Origin: Raillietiella orientalis | Lineage: Eukaryota | Direction: 5' to 3' | Assembly: GCA_036172245.1 (NCBI GenBank) | Contig: JAYWIR010000088.1 | Location: 62,001 to 126,000, forward strand | DNA: 64,000 nt | Shown: positions 13,301-24,602 of the stretch, piece after piece | Numbering within the stretch: position 1 is the stretch's first letter | Layout of the letters: each line of letters starts with the position of its first letter | Program-made: the position numbers and the translations under genes | Notes under the pieces: generated by a model | The model's input: the letters and a program-made list of their open reading frames with translations, nothing else | Database searches by the model: none | What the model was told of the DNA's origin: nothing

Positions 13301-14733
13301 AGGATTTCTAAGCAACGACCGGCTGCTTCCCCAAAGGTGAGCCCGCCATCAGCGCATTCTGGGTATACCGTCCCGTCGTTGCTCAGGGTGATGGACCAGC
13401 ACAACCTGACGCGTGCCGAGTGGGAGGAACGAGTGACCAATTGGTTTGCCGAATACAAGGGCATGCTCAGGTATGGTGCGGGGGTTCGTTTGGAACTGAC
13501 AGCCAAAACCATCCAAGGGAGGACGCCATGATGGAGTACTTGAAGGTCGCTCAGGATCTGGAAATGTACGGTGTCATATACTTCGAGATCAAGAACAAAA
13601 AGGGCACTGATCTCTGGCTTGGAGTAGATGCGTTGGGCCTGAATATCTACGAGAGGGACGACAAGTGAGTGACACGGTAGAATTCGCCGTCCGTTCATTG
13701 CCCCCGGCTCCCAAGGCTGACTCCAAAGATTGGGTTCCCCTGGTCGGAAATCCGCAACATCTCCTTTAACGACAGACGCTTCGTCATAAAACCCATCGAC
13801 CGCAAGGCTCCCGACTTTGTGTTTTTCGCGCCGAAGCTGCGCATCAACAAGCGCATCCTGGCGCTCTGCATGGGCAACCACGAGCTCTACATGCGTCGCC
13901 GTAAGCCGGACACGATCGAAGTTCAGCAGATGAAGGCCCAGGCCCACGAGGAGCGTTTGGCCAAGCAGCAGGAGAAGGAGAAACTTCAGCGAGAAATAGC
14001 TGCACGCGAGCAAGCCGAACGGAAGCAGCAGGAGTACGAGGAGAGGTTGCGCCTCCTGCAGGATGAGATGATGCAGCGCCAGAAGGAACTGCTGGAAGCC
14101 CAGCAGACCATCAGGCAGCTGGAGGAGCAGTTGCGCCAAGTGCAAGAGGCCAAGGCCCTGCTCGAGGTGAAGGAATGCGAGCTGCAGACCTTAACGCGCC
14201 AGTTGGCGGAGTCCAAGGAAATGGAAGCCACGGAGCGCGCCAAGTTGCAAGAGGAGATCCTCGAACGTCAGGAAGAGATGAAGCTCGTGCGGGAGGATTT
14301 GGAACGGAAGACCGAGGAGACCCAAAGGCTGGAAGAGGAAGTCCGCCTCGCCCGCGAGAAGCACGAGCACGCATCTCAAGCGCTGTTGCAGAGCACCAGC
14401 ACTCCCGAGCACCACCACGTAGCCCTGAACGACCACGAGGAGGAAAACGACGAGTCGTCGAATGGCGATGTGAGCCGCGACCTGCAGACGGACGAATCCA
14501 TCCGCGATCCCGTGGAAGAGCGGCAGACGCTCGCCGAAAAGAGTGACAAGCTGAAGAGTCAGCTGAAGGAGCTGAAGCAGGACCTGGCGTTGACGCGAGA
14601 CGAAAGCAAAGAGACCACCATGGATCGGATCCACCAGAAAAATGTGATGCAAGGTCGTGACAAGTACAAGACTCTGCGAGAAGTGCGTTTGGGGAACACA
14701 AAGCGGCGCATCGATCAGTTTGAGAACATGTGA
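7366..14733 (+). CDS. Moe: Moesin/ezrin/radixin (ERM) protein, about 571 aa, 7 coding exons (7366-7377, 12772-12951, 13004-13108, 13167-13336, 13387-13470, 13518-13664, 13716-14733)
   Basis: Micro-exon ATG CCT AAA CCA|gtaagc splices in phase 0 to give [25 protein letters not shown] motifs ([46 protein letters not shown]), a coiled coil and the C-terminal [26 protein letters not shown] are present. All intron phases are consistent. Confidence 0.97.
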
Positions 14734-15333
14734 TGTGCACCCGCGTCTACGTGGAAAACACCTTATCGTGTATAAACGAGGATGTTTAGTTTCCTCACCA
14801 TCAGTGCCCACGCCATTTTCTCTGTCCTCTCGCCATAATTGATTTCATTGCTGGACTTTCGGCCAGCAGGCTTTCGTAGCCCACTAATCAAGTTCTATAA
14901 TTATTTCTATAATAAAATATTTTGAATTTGTTTCCCCCCCCCCCTTTTTTTTTTTCTCGCGCGTAGGTCGAGCGGCCACCTCGCGTCAGAAGGGGAAAGA
15001 CACGGTGAAATGGCGACGGGCGGAGGAGGTTCCTGCGGGAGGACAGCGCCCGTTCCCGTTCGTCGCGACCTCCGCGTCGGCGGACCGTTCGTTCCAAGGA
15101 GGAGGCGATTCAACGAAACCCTTCAGCTCTTGTGCGGGGGAAGGGTCACCTTTTCACCCCCGTAGCGCACTTTATTGTACATTTACACACATGAGCATTG
15201 AACACGAAGACGTGCTTCTCCAAAAGAAAAAGTATCAAAAGGTTCCCCAGCTTCCCCCCTCCCCGATGCCATGAGGATCTCTTCGGATTTGCTAAAGCGT
15301 GTGCATCTCCCGACGCTGAACGACTGCGGGCAT

Positions 15334-16248
15334 CTAGGGTAGCAGCTCCAGATCCTGCCTCCTTCGCGAACGCAGCAGCGACTCGAATGACGGCAGGCGC
15401 ATGGTGTCCGCTGGCGATTCCTCAGCGCGCTCCCTCTTCTTGCGCAGGGATTCGATCTCCTGCTTCCTTCTTCCCCGGTTGACCATGTATCTGCTGCAGT
15501 CGCTCTCGAAGGATGGCCATTCGTGGGAACCGTTTTCCGCGTTGAACAAATCTTCCAGTGCCTGGTCAGCCTCCGGGTCGCTGGAGGCACCGACCGAGAA
15601 TTTACCGGCCGTTTGTTCCGGAACGCGGGGTGTGCTCTTATGAACGAAGCCACCTATCATTTGGTCAATACTGGTCGCAGACACGAACTTGTCCGTGTCT
15701 TCAGCCTCCAGGTAGTACGGTCTCTTCTGCTCCAGTGTCATTTCGTCCCACATCTTCCCTATGATATTCCTGATTTCTTTGGGGTTAACTCCGCTATTTA
15801 ACCACCGCAGCAGCGTCCTGGTCTTTTTGGAATAAATTTTTTTCGCCAAACTGTGAATGTCCTCATTGCTAACGTGCTGTGGCTGAAAAGATAGGATGGT
15901 TGCCTTGGTTGAATCGTCTCGCAGGCAAACCGACGGCACGCTCTTTTTGGTGCACAAGTGCTTCTTCGTTGCCAGTTTTTCGTTTCGGTTGTTCCTGTTT
16001 TTCAATTTCGTTGGAATTTCGTCCCTTCCCGAATCGCGCGCTGTGAAAGTGGGCTTCAGCTCGCAGGGGATTCCGATGTCGTCAGGGTCCGCGGCAAAGG
16101 CGCTGTCGGGAATCGTGATCGGCATCTCCGGGCAGTCCCACAGGTCACTGTTGAACGGGTCGTCGACTTGCCACGGTTCTGTCCACGAACTCGTAAAGTC
16201 CATCGCGCTCGGTCCTGGCCCAGTTTCCTCGTTGCTAGTCATGGCCAT
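15334..16248 (-). CDS. Intronless 304-aa protein with one divergent HMG-box
   Basis: Uninterrupted ORF. Segment SLAKKIYSKKTRTLLRWLNSGVNPKEIRNIIGKMWDEMTLEQKRPYYLEAE matches the HMG-box helix 2/3 pattern (EI...IG.MW..MT.EQK.PY...A). Flanks are acidic and low-complexity. Confidence 0.75.
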   Translation of the reverse strand: MAMTSNEETGPGPSAMDFTSSWTEPWQVDDPFNSDLWDCPEMPITIPDSAFAADPDDIGIPCELKPTFTARDSGRDEIPTKLKNRNNRNEKLATKKHLCTKKSVPSVCLRDDSTKATILSFQPQHVSNEDIHSLAKKIYSKKTRTLLRWLNSGVNPKEIRNIIGKMWDEMTLEQKRPYYLEAEDTDKFVSATSIDQMIGGFVHKSTPRVPEQTAGKFSVGASSDPEADQALEDLFNAENGSHEWPSFESDCSRYMVNRGRRKQEIESLRKKRERAEESPADTMRLPSFESLLRSRRRQDLELLP

Positions 16249-16539
16249 TCGTCGCGTGCAGGGATGACGACAGAGCCCAAGAGTTCCTCCTCCGCCCGAG
16301 TCAAGCGCCCGTCGCCAGGGTCATGTCGTGCCGCGCAAACAGAACTCGGAACACGAAGCCGTCGGCATTCTGAGGCAACAATGTTCGTCACACGGACGGT
16401 GCACAGTTGTCGAAGTGGCACCACGCGTCGCGCGCAGTTGGCGCTGGGCGTGTGCTCTTTCCGCGGCGTCTCTTGCAGGTGTGCGCGCGGAGGCGTCCTA
16501 CTACGCTGCGTACGCATCCCCACCTCGTGCTCGATCCAC
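16249..16539. promoter_or_regulatory. Probable bidirectional CpG-rich promoter between the HMG-box gene and EEF1AKMT1
   Basis: About 290 nt separate two divergent ATGs, and the interval is CpG-dense. Inferred from gene arrangement only. Confidence 0.55.
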
Positions 16540-18493
16540 ATGGAAGACGCTCCTGCTGATGATCTGCCGCAGCTGACAGGTGACACTCTTGCTGCCCTCT
16601 GCGAGTTCTATGCAGAGAAAGAGGAAAGCGCGCATCGCGCAGCTGCTGCGGCACAGTCTCTCGACTGCGAGATCGAAGAGGACTGGGTATGCATCACATC
16701 ACACTCCACTCGTTCGTGGTGGAACCGTTCCCTTGGAACAGCAACTCAGTCAGTTCTGGTATGACCAAGCCACCGCCTCGCAGCTGTCGACGGAAATTCT
16801 ACGCATTTGCGACGGCCGTGGCGCCGTGGCGTGCGTCTCGTGCCCCACCGTTTACAGGGAACTCAGGCGCAGAAAACCGGAGGACGTTGCAGGTAGAGTG
16901 GAAACCATTTCCTGTTGCCTGGAGTTTTTTCCTTCTTCTTCTTCCTCTTTCCCCTCCTGTGTCATTACGCAGGCTCGTTCGCCATTGTAATCGCTACGCG
17001 GCGTAGTTACCGATTCTCCCTCCCGCCCCCGGAACTTTTAACACTCCCAGCAGACCTCATCACGGGAGCAGCTCCGAGTAATCCCAGTTGTTATGCAGGG
17101 TCTCCGCGCGCTGCGGGGCCGCTCGTACTGCCTCCCTGCCGCGTAAACACCCTCGGGGCGCCTGCGTAGGCTGCTGTCCCTTCACAATAAAGCGAAGTGC
17201 ACTCGTTGGCCTTCATTGCGGTCTGATTCACCTTTAAGATGGCACGGAGTGATTCCTCCGAACCTTGGCGTGAGCCTTTTGCGTCCTTAATTAAAGTCTA
17301 AAGCATCCTTTAAGGCAGGAGCGCTCCTGATCTGTTCTCTCATTTTCGTATTACCTAAGTACTTGAGAGGACCGAAAACGAGGCACACAATAACCGGCCT
17401 GGGCGGTCATGCTACAGGATACCCCGATTTCGGGGGACTGGCCTTCCGCCATGTGTTCTTTACGGGGGGGGGGGGGAATTCCGGGGAAAAAAGCACGGCC
17501 GCGTGGACAGAGAGCTTTGCTACAGCGAAACGGTCACTTTTCCAAGACTCCTCTGCTGGGACCGGGAAAGTGCGGCCGACGGAACTTTATGGAACGGACG
17601 ATCCAACGGTCCCTCGAAGACGCTTGTCCATGTCTTCGACGCTTGTCGAGGCAGCGTGTGGTTTACCGGGGGAGGAGGCTTTCGTTTCGGCGATGCCTCC
17701 GTCACGTTCCTTCCTCCCTCGTTCCGAGACGAACATTCCGTTGAAAACACACCAAATCGGACGTTGATCGAGAAAGCGTCCTACAAGTGACGGAAATGTG
17801 CGAACCATGCATTCGTCGGCTCCGTGAAAACAAGCGCCGGTGTCTTTTTGCCCGCCTTTCCATTCCTTGCGTCGTAATTTTCGGATGCCTCCTACTGGGG
17901 GGAGGCGTAAGGCCTTACAAATTAATTGCCTTTAACACGAAGGCCCGTGACAACGGAAAACCACATCCTCTCGTGCAACAGGTTTCAAATCGGTCCTGTG
18001 CTTGCCGGCGGGGGTGACGTGATGTGAAAATGAATTCCTGGTTCGAAGCCTTCAATAATGACTATTTTAGTGAAACTTCTGGAATACGACAGGAGATTTG
18101 CCATATATCAAGGAGATTTTTTTGCATACGACTACAACGAACCTCTTGACCTTCCAACTGACTGGAATAAGGCCTTTGATGTTGTCATGGCTGATCCTCC
18201 CTTTCTGTCTGAGGAATGCCTTACAAAAGTGGCGCAAACCATTACGTATTTGGCAAGACATGCAATCATTTTGTGCACAGGTAGGCCAAGATTTTATTTT
18301 TGTAATCTGTCTTTGACTAGGGGCAGTCCTGGAGGATCTGGCAACCCAGTTATTAGCAGTTCATAGATGTTCTTTCATCCCACGCCATGTCAGACAGTTA
18401 TCAAATGCTTTTATAAGCATGGCTAATTATCCGATGGATGATTGTTTGGCTTCACAGCGTACCGCCTGCGATCAATTTGTCAACATCTCCTGA
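16540..18493 (+). CDS. EEF1AKMT1: EEF1A lysine methyltransferase 1 (N6AMT2), exons 16540-16686, 16742-16892, 18071-18280, 18321-18493
   Basis: Motifs [67 protein letters not shown] and ILCTG|AVLE...FIPRH..LSNAF...ANY. GT-AG introns are in consistent phase. Confidence 0.95.
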
Positions 18494-20318
18494 TGTGCTG
18501 ATTCTTTTGCTAATGCAGTACTGCTCACTGTTCTGGCCATACATATCCAGAAAATACCTGTCAATAATACCAGTGCCAATAGAGAAAAGACACAAACACA
18601 CACACACACAAAAAGGCAATGTTCATTTTTACCTGTAATTCACCATAATTCCACATGACTGCATAAACCCCCGTGCACTTCTGTCACCCATCCAATTTAG
18701 TCGCCACACTGTGGCACCATTGCGGAGATGAAAATTAGCTAAAAGGATTCTCATTCATGTACTCAATACTCGCTTTACTTACCAACTCCATCAAGAGCAT
18801 ATCCGCGATGTTTTTCCAAAAGCAAATAAACAGCACACGTTCTCAGCAAAATGGGTTTCAAGACAGTTGCTACTGCCTCATCTTTTGCCCACTGATTTGA
18901 TTGAAAGAGTTGTTGCATCCCTCTGAGTACATTTTCATTAGTGCTGCATTGCAACATGGGTTGCAACTGTTCCAATTCTTCTGCCAAAAACAAGGCAGCC
19001 TCTCCTGTAAAAAAAAATCCAAAAGCATGAGAAAGCATGGAAGAGAATGCTTTCATTGTGTCACCTGCTAACTGACGAGACATTTGCATCTGGAGCCAGC
19101 TGCGGAACAAGGGAATTGGTGACAATGTACTAAATGTGTCCAGAGAAGGAAACTCGCCGCGCAGTTTTTGTACTGCTTGTTTGATAAGTTGGTTACCCAA
19201 GCTGATGCCCTGAGTGGAAGCTCTATTTTCTGTTGTCAAACCCTGTTATCACCTTAAGTCCAGGCTGAGCAGATGCTATCGAATAAAAAACGGCAGCTTT
19301 TATGTTTTCCGAATTTTCCTGAATAGCATTCATAGAACGTTGATCTTCTGAGTGAAAGCTATGCTCCTTGAGAATTGACTGAATGGAAGTGCTGATCTCT
19401 GCAGTTAATGCTGTGTGCAATATCACTATAGGCTCCCTGGGCATGCTGTGATGACTAAAAATATAGCACCTTCGATAGGGTCCCAAACGCTGCTTGACAT
19501 CTACCCAACTACGAACAGGATGCACAGCCTCATATGCTGCAATCTGAATACTAATAAGATGCACCAACCATTCTTCTATCAATCCACCTTCTCAATCAAA
19601 TAGCAAGGTGACATCCAAGTAATCTGCTGCAACTGGAAAAACCCTGCAGAAAACCACAAAAGTAGTAATTCTTTAAGGGAGGAATCTAACAATTTCAATT
19701 TCATCACAAGAGTAGCTTTGGATGGGTCTTGAACAAAGTGCTGTTCTGAAAAAATTAAGAATATGCAAAGCATAACTGTTTGCTTACCAACACATCAGCC
19801 CGCATATCTACTAAAAATTTAACGCCATCGCCCAAACGAGCCAGGTTTCGAAATAATAAATTGTAAGAAGGTGTCAGCACTGCTGTCAGATTACTGAGAT
19901 TGTTTATAGCTTTTTGCTCTTCCGTCTAAAAATTAATATGTTTGCTTAGCCTACAAATGAAAACAAACCTGGAGAAGTTTAGTTGCAATCCTTCGCACAG
20001 ACAAATAGTCCACTCCGTGTTCAGTTGCCAGAATGTGGAGGATGTCTGCTTTGGCAGGGAGCGAGAGTTTTTCATAATTGCATTTGAATTCTTTCAATTC
20101 ATTCTTTTGGGATGGAACATTTGCATCGCTCGATTAATCCAGCCATGCATACTCACATAAACACTAGGGGTGACCTCATAGTTTTGGAATTTTGCAAGAG
20201 AATTCATCAGGTGTAGAACCTTGTTTTTGTTTGCATCAGTGTTGCACTCGACAATGCTGCTAACTACATGTTTGCAAAAGACAGATGACGAGCACCTGTA
20301 ACGGCACATTCGATGCAT
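18452..20318 (-). CDS. MLYCD: Malonyl-CoA decarboxylase, multi-exon (the N-terminal start is uncertain)
   Basis: Motifs [69 protein letters not shown]...[27 protein letters not shown] and [32 protein letters not shown]. Confidence 0.95.
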
Positions 20319-23300
20319 CCCTGTGAGGCAAGTTGTTCTTCACGCACAAATTTACAACAAGCAATCGATGAATCTTAAATCCTCTGGGTGAACTTGGGAT
20401 CTGCTGACTTGACAGATGCTGTTGCCATGTAGCTTTCCTTGCGACAGTGATTCTGACGCCATTTAAATTTTAAATTCTGGTTTGGTGAAAACCCAAATGT
20501 TCTCCCAATTGTTGGATTACACCCCAGGAATATTCATTCACACCTTTCGGCTTGTGCTCACTTCAGAATGGCTTTCTTGATGTGACGAAGAGCTCGGGCT
20601 ATCTATCTAAAGCCAGAGATGCATGAATAAGGTGGAAACCAGAAAAAAGCATACCTACGTGTGCTGCATGTCGGTGCGGCTCCCGATGGCACGCGTTGAA
20701 TCACCCACGTTCACGTGCCGGCCGAAAACGCACCTGCGGGGCTCTCAGATCTCGCGCGCGGTAGAAAAAAAAAGGAAAAGAAAAAAAAGCGGGGAAATCC
20801 GTCCGACGGCATGAAAGTGCCTGACGGCAAAGGTTGCAGGGAAAGGAACTTGCAGATTTCTTCTCCATCTGTTGTGGTAGAAACCGGAACGCATTTTCAG
20901 ATGATTGTTTATAAGAAGCACTGTACTATTTAGTGTGTTCTCACGGTCTTCGTTATCGACCCCAATTTGTAGACCCTCCTCCGATTTCTACAATACGACG
21001 TCAAAATAAATAAAATACATCATGAAACTGAATTTGTGGAGAAAGTTACACTGAATACTACTGAAATCTAGTTTGGTAAAGGGAATTTGTTAACCACAAA
21101 CGAATTTGAAGCATAATCCAGTAGACTCAAAGCTAAAATAACTGCTCATATCACAGATATATCGCTGTTCCAAGAACAGTTGAAATTTAATTTCGATTCC
21201 GGATTCAAATTCATACAAATTACTCTGCTCATCCTTTTCCAGAACGGATGTCAACGAGAGAACTTCCAATTGTGGGTATTCAAGCCATTTACTCGAAACC
21301 AATCAATCAATAAAAACAAATAAAGTCGGCTTTCACAGGGTCCACCTCCACTATGGGGACAGAACTAGGGAGGAGGAAAGGAGAAGAACTGTGGTAAAAA
21401 AAACACCTGATGCAAACTTTTGATTTCAGAGAGTTTCATGGAGCGTAATTGACGCGATTATTGTTCGCATGTATCAGAATTTTTGCAGGTAAACTGAAGT
21501 TTTCACTAGAAATTATTGATGCGATGTCTGTTTATCCGAGTAATAGGAAGAACAAAATTCTTCAAATGGTTTGGAGCACAACGATCGAAATTCTTGAAAT
21601 TGGATATTTAAAATCCAGAACAGAAATGCATAGTTGTATCGTTCGATCAAGCGTTACCCTTGAACCAACTTCACTTCAAGAAACATCACTAGTGTTTACT
21701 TTTGGTTTTGAGTAAATGTGTTCCATATTTTCTCCCTACGGATGCAACTCAGTCGGCGGTGACAATGTACTCTTGAAACTTAGCAAACGCGTTTTCAAGT
21801 ATCTATCGAAGGACTTCTAAGGTATCTACAAGTAGGCAGCGCTATATGACAGTATTCACAAGTAAATTTACATGGGAAGGATGAAACACATTTCTCACAT
21901 TTCGTGGGGGAAATCACCGAATAAAAAACAACAGCTGAAGATAACGTCCGGGCCTTTTGCTTCTGCAAAGACTTACAGAGAAAATATCCTCGAAGGATGA
22001 GGGAGTTGTTAATGTATTTGTTGCTAATGTGTTTTCAAATAAATCACAAAGTAGTTACTGTGGAACTCTGAATCAGTAGCTGTCACGTGACGAATTTTTG
22101 ATCTTTAAATAATGAACTCAGAAACTCCACATTTCCTTACGAATAACTAGCTATTTCCACTGATTGTATTCTTCGTAGTCCTTTTGGGAAAAGCTGAGTT
22201 CCATAAACTCAACTAAGAATTCAATATTCCTTGTTTGGATCTATTCCGCAGGAATTCGAGATCGATTTTAGTACTATCTAAATGTCTCACGGATGCATGG
22301 CGACCAATTTTTTCCTCAGAAATAAACATGGAGGAATTTCTCGTTTTCCATCAACAGTCTGCAGGCAGTCTCCAAGGTGAGGCTTGCGTCCAGCTCTTAA
22401 AGAAATTCGTTAGTTCCAAGAGTGGTTGGGGCGATGGTCTAGCAGCAGCATGCTCTTAAAGGAACACGGCCGGATAGCTTAGAGAAATGACAGGCAACTG
22501 CCAGACATGTGGAGGCAGTCGCTGCTGGAAAATTCCCAAGTTGTTTACAGGTCGCTCTGGTTAAGAATGAACAGCAGAACGTCCAAGTGACCCCAATTCA
22601 GCACATCACTGTTGCTTCACCTATTAGCGCGCAGCGGATTTGATTTACTTGTATCTCATCTACAAGTTTTGGCTACGGGATGTAGATATTACCCGGAATC
22701 AGCATCACAGATTTTATAAAACCTAACATAGAATAGTTGGCCATTTCGAGCGAAGCAATGAATGGAGTTCGCGGGATGCAATACAATCAAGGAATTCGAA
22801 CGTGTAGGCAAAAGTATGTGGCAGAACATTTTCAAACGGGGAGGGGGATACTGCACTGCCACATTTCAGCAGTGACTAATGAAGGAAGCAATTATCAACA
22901 GAACATTGTATTTGGCGTAATTCTGGAGTCTAAAGTTCTAATTCTTTGTACAACATATTTCCTGGAACCTGGACGGTGTTTGTGCACTCTTCCTGGAAAA
23001 AAATTCATGTTGAATTTACCACTTGTTGCACCCTATCCTATCCGCGTTAAGAGTAAATCAACCGCTCTTCAGATGTTTTCACTTAATTTTGCAGAGTCTT
23101 CTGGCTATGCGATGCATAACAAACTTATAAGGTTGTCGGTTTGAAACCAGGCTTGCTACTTTGCTCAGCTCTGTGATACAAGTTGGCACATGCAAAGTTA
23201 TTTGCCATGGTGTGCAAATCCTAGCATCGGCACAAGATCATAATCGGAATATTGGCAATTACAAGCTCGAGGCTACTTAGAAAAATCAGTCCTCAGTTGT

Positions 23301-24602
23301 GGAATGTGCAATGGTCTCTTGTAGAAAAACTGTTCATCCTTCAGTAGTTCTCAGGCAAGCTCCATCATAGTTATCAAACTCAAAGTCTATCAAACTCATA
23401 ATTTCAGCACAGTTAGTAGTTGTAGCACAGTTCCAAGCAAACTGATTAACAAATAGGCTGGCATGTGATTTTCCAAGCTAAAGCTGGGGTGGGGACTTTC
23501 AAACAAGCAATGTCCAAAAAGCATTTTACATCAAGCATTCCGGTGGCTCTTTTTGTTCTGAACGTTGCAATCTTGCACGAATGTTCTCCAGAACCAAAGC
23601 CGAGAGAGAGAGAGAGAGAGAAAAAAAACGTGCTTATTTTTGCACATGAATGAGCATGCCCTCGGAAAGATGGAACTCTGCACAAACTCCGATGAGAGCA
23701 CTTCAGTTCAGGGTGACAGGATTCTATATAATATAACTGGCTATACAAATGCGATTGTGTGATCAGGTGAACATGAAGGGAGTAGGGGTCTACAACAAGA
23801 TATGCCCATCAAAATCAGGCACAGTCTCACCAGTGAGAATTGTAATTTTCAAAAGCCTTCAGACTCTTCAATGAAGCACAGAAGAGCACATGACAACTTT
23901 GACATTCTAAAACCTTCTCAACATTCACACACGTAGGCACACATGAAATGGTGAAAAGAAAGGAATTCTCAAGCAACCTGTAAATGCTTCTTAACCAACG
24001 GGAGATAAACAAAACAACTGTAAATGCAACAAAACAATTTACTCTTGTGGTAGTTTTAAATTTCTTTGCTTTCTTATGCAGTTTGTATAATATTAACTCT
24101 TTACCTGAAACAATCCATTCAGTGTTCAACTGGATTTTCATGCAAATGCATCATCATTTGGTTACTTTCCGTCTTTATCGAAGTATTTGTGAAAACCAAG
24201 AATCCTGTGACTCAGCAGCCAGTGCATGTATGATCACTTTGCTAATGTATGATCACCCTTTCAGGTATCAGCTAAAATCTAAATTCCATGCCATCAACAT
24301 CATATAGTCAGCATATCAGTCACATATAATAATTGCTACATCACATCTAGTGTTTCCGTCAAAAAACACTTAAGTCAATTCTTATTGTTTTTCCAATTCA
24401 GTTTACATGTTCAATGATTTGAAATCAGAATGTGCAAGACTTTGGATCATTCAAGGTGGCAAACCTTCAAGACATTTAACAATAATACTACTACACGTCA
24501 ACATGAATAAGAACTATTTTCTATATATATACTTGGATACATGGGTACAAAGATAATCTGAATACAAAGCTGAAGAGTGCCATGACTAGAGGCTTCTTTG
24601 GT

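Noticed and set aside
13063..14811. Long minus-strand ORFs (360, 209 and 206 aa)
   Set aside because: Antisense shadows of the GC3-rich moesin CDS.
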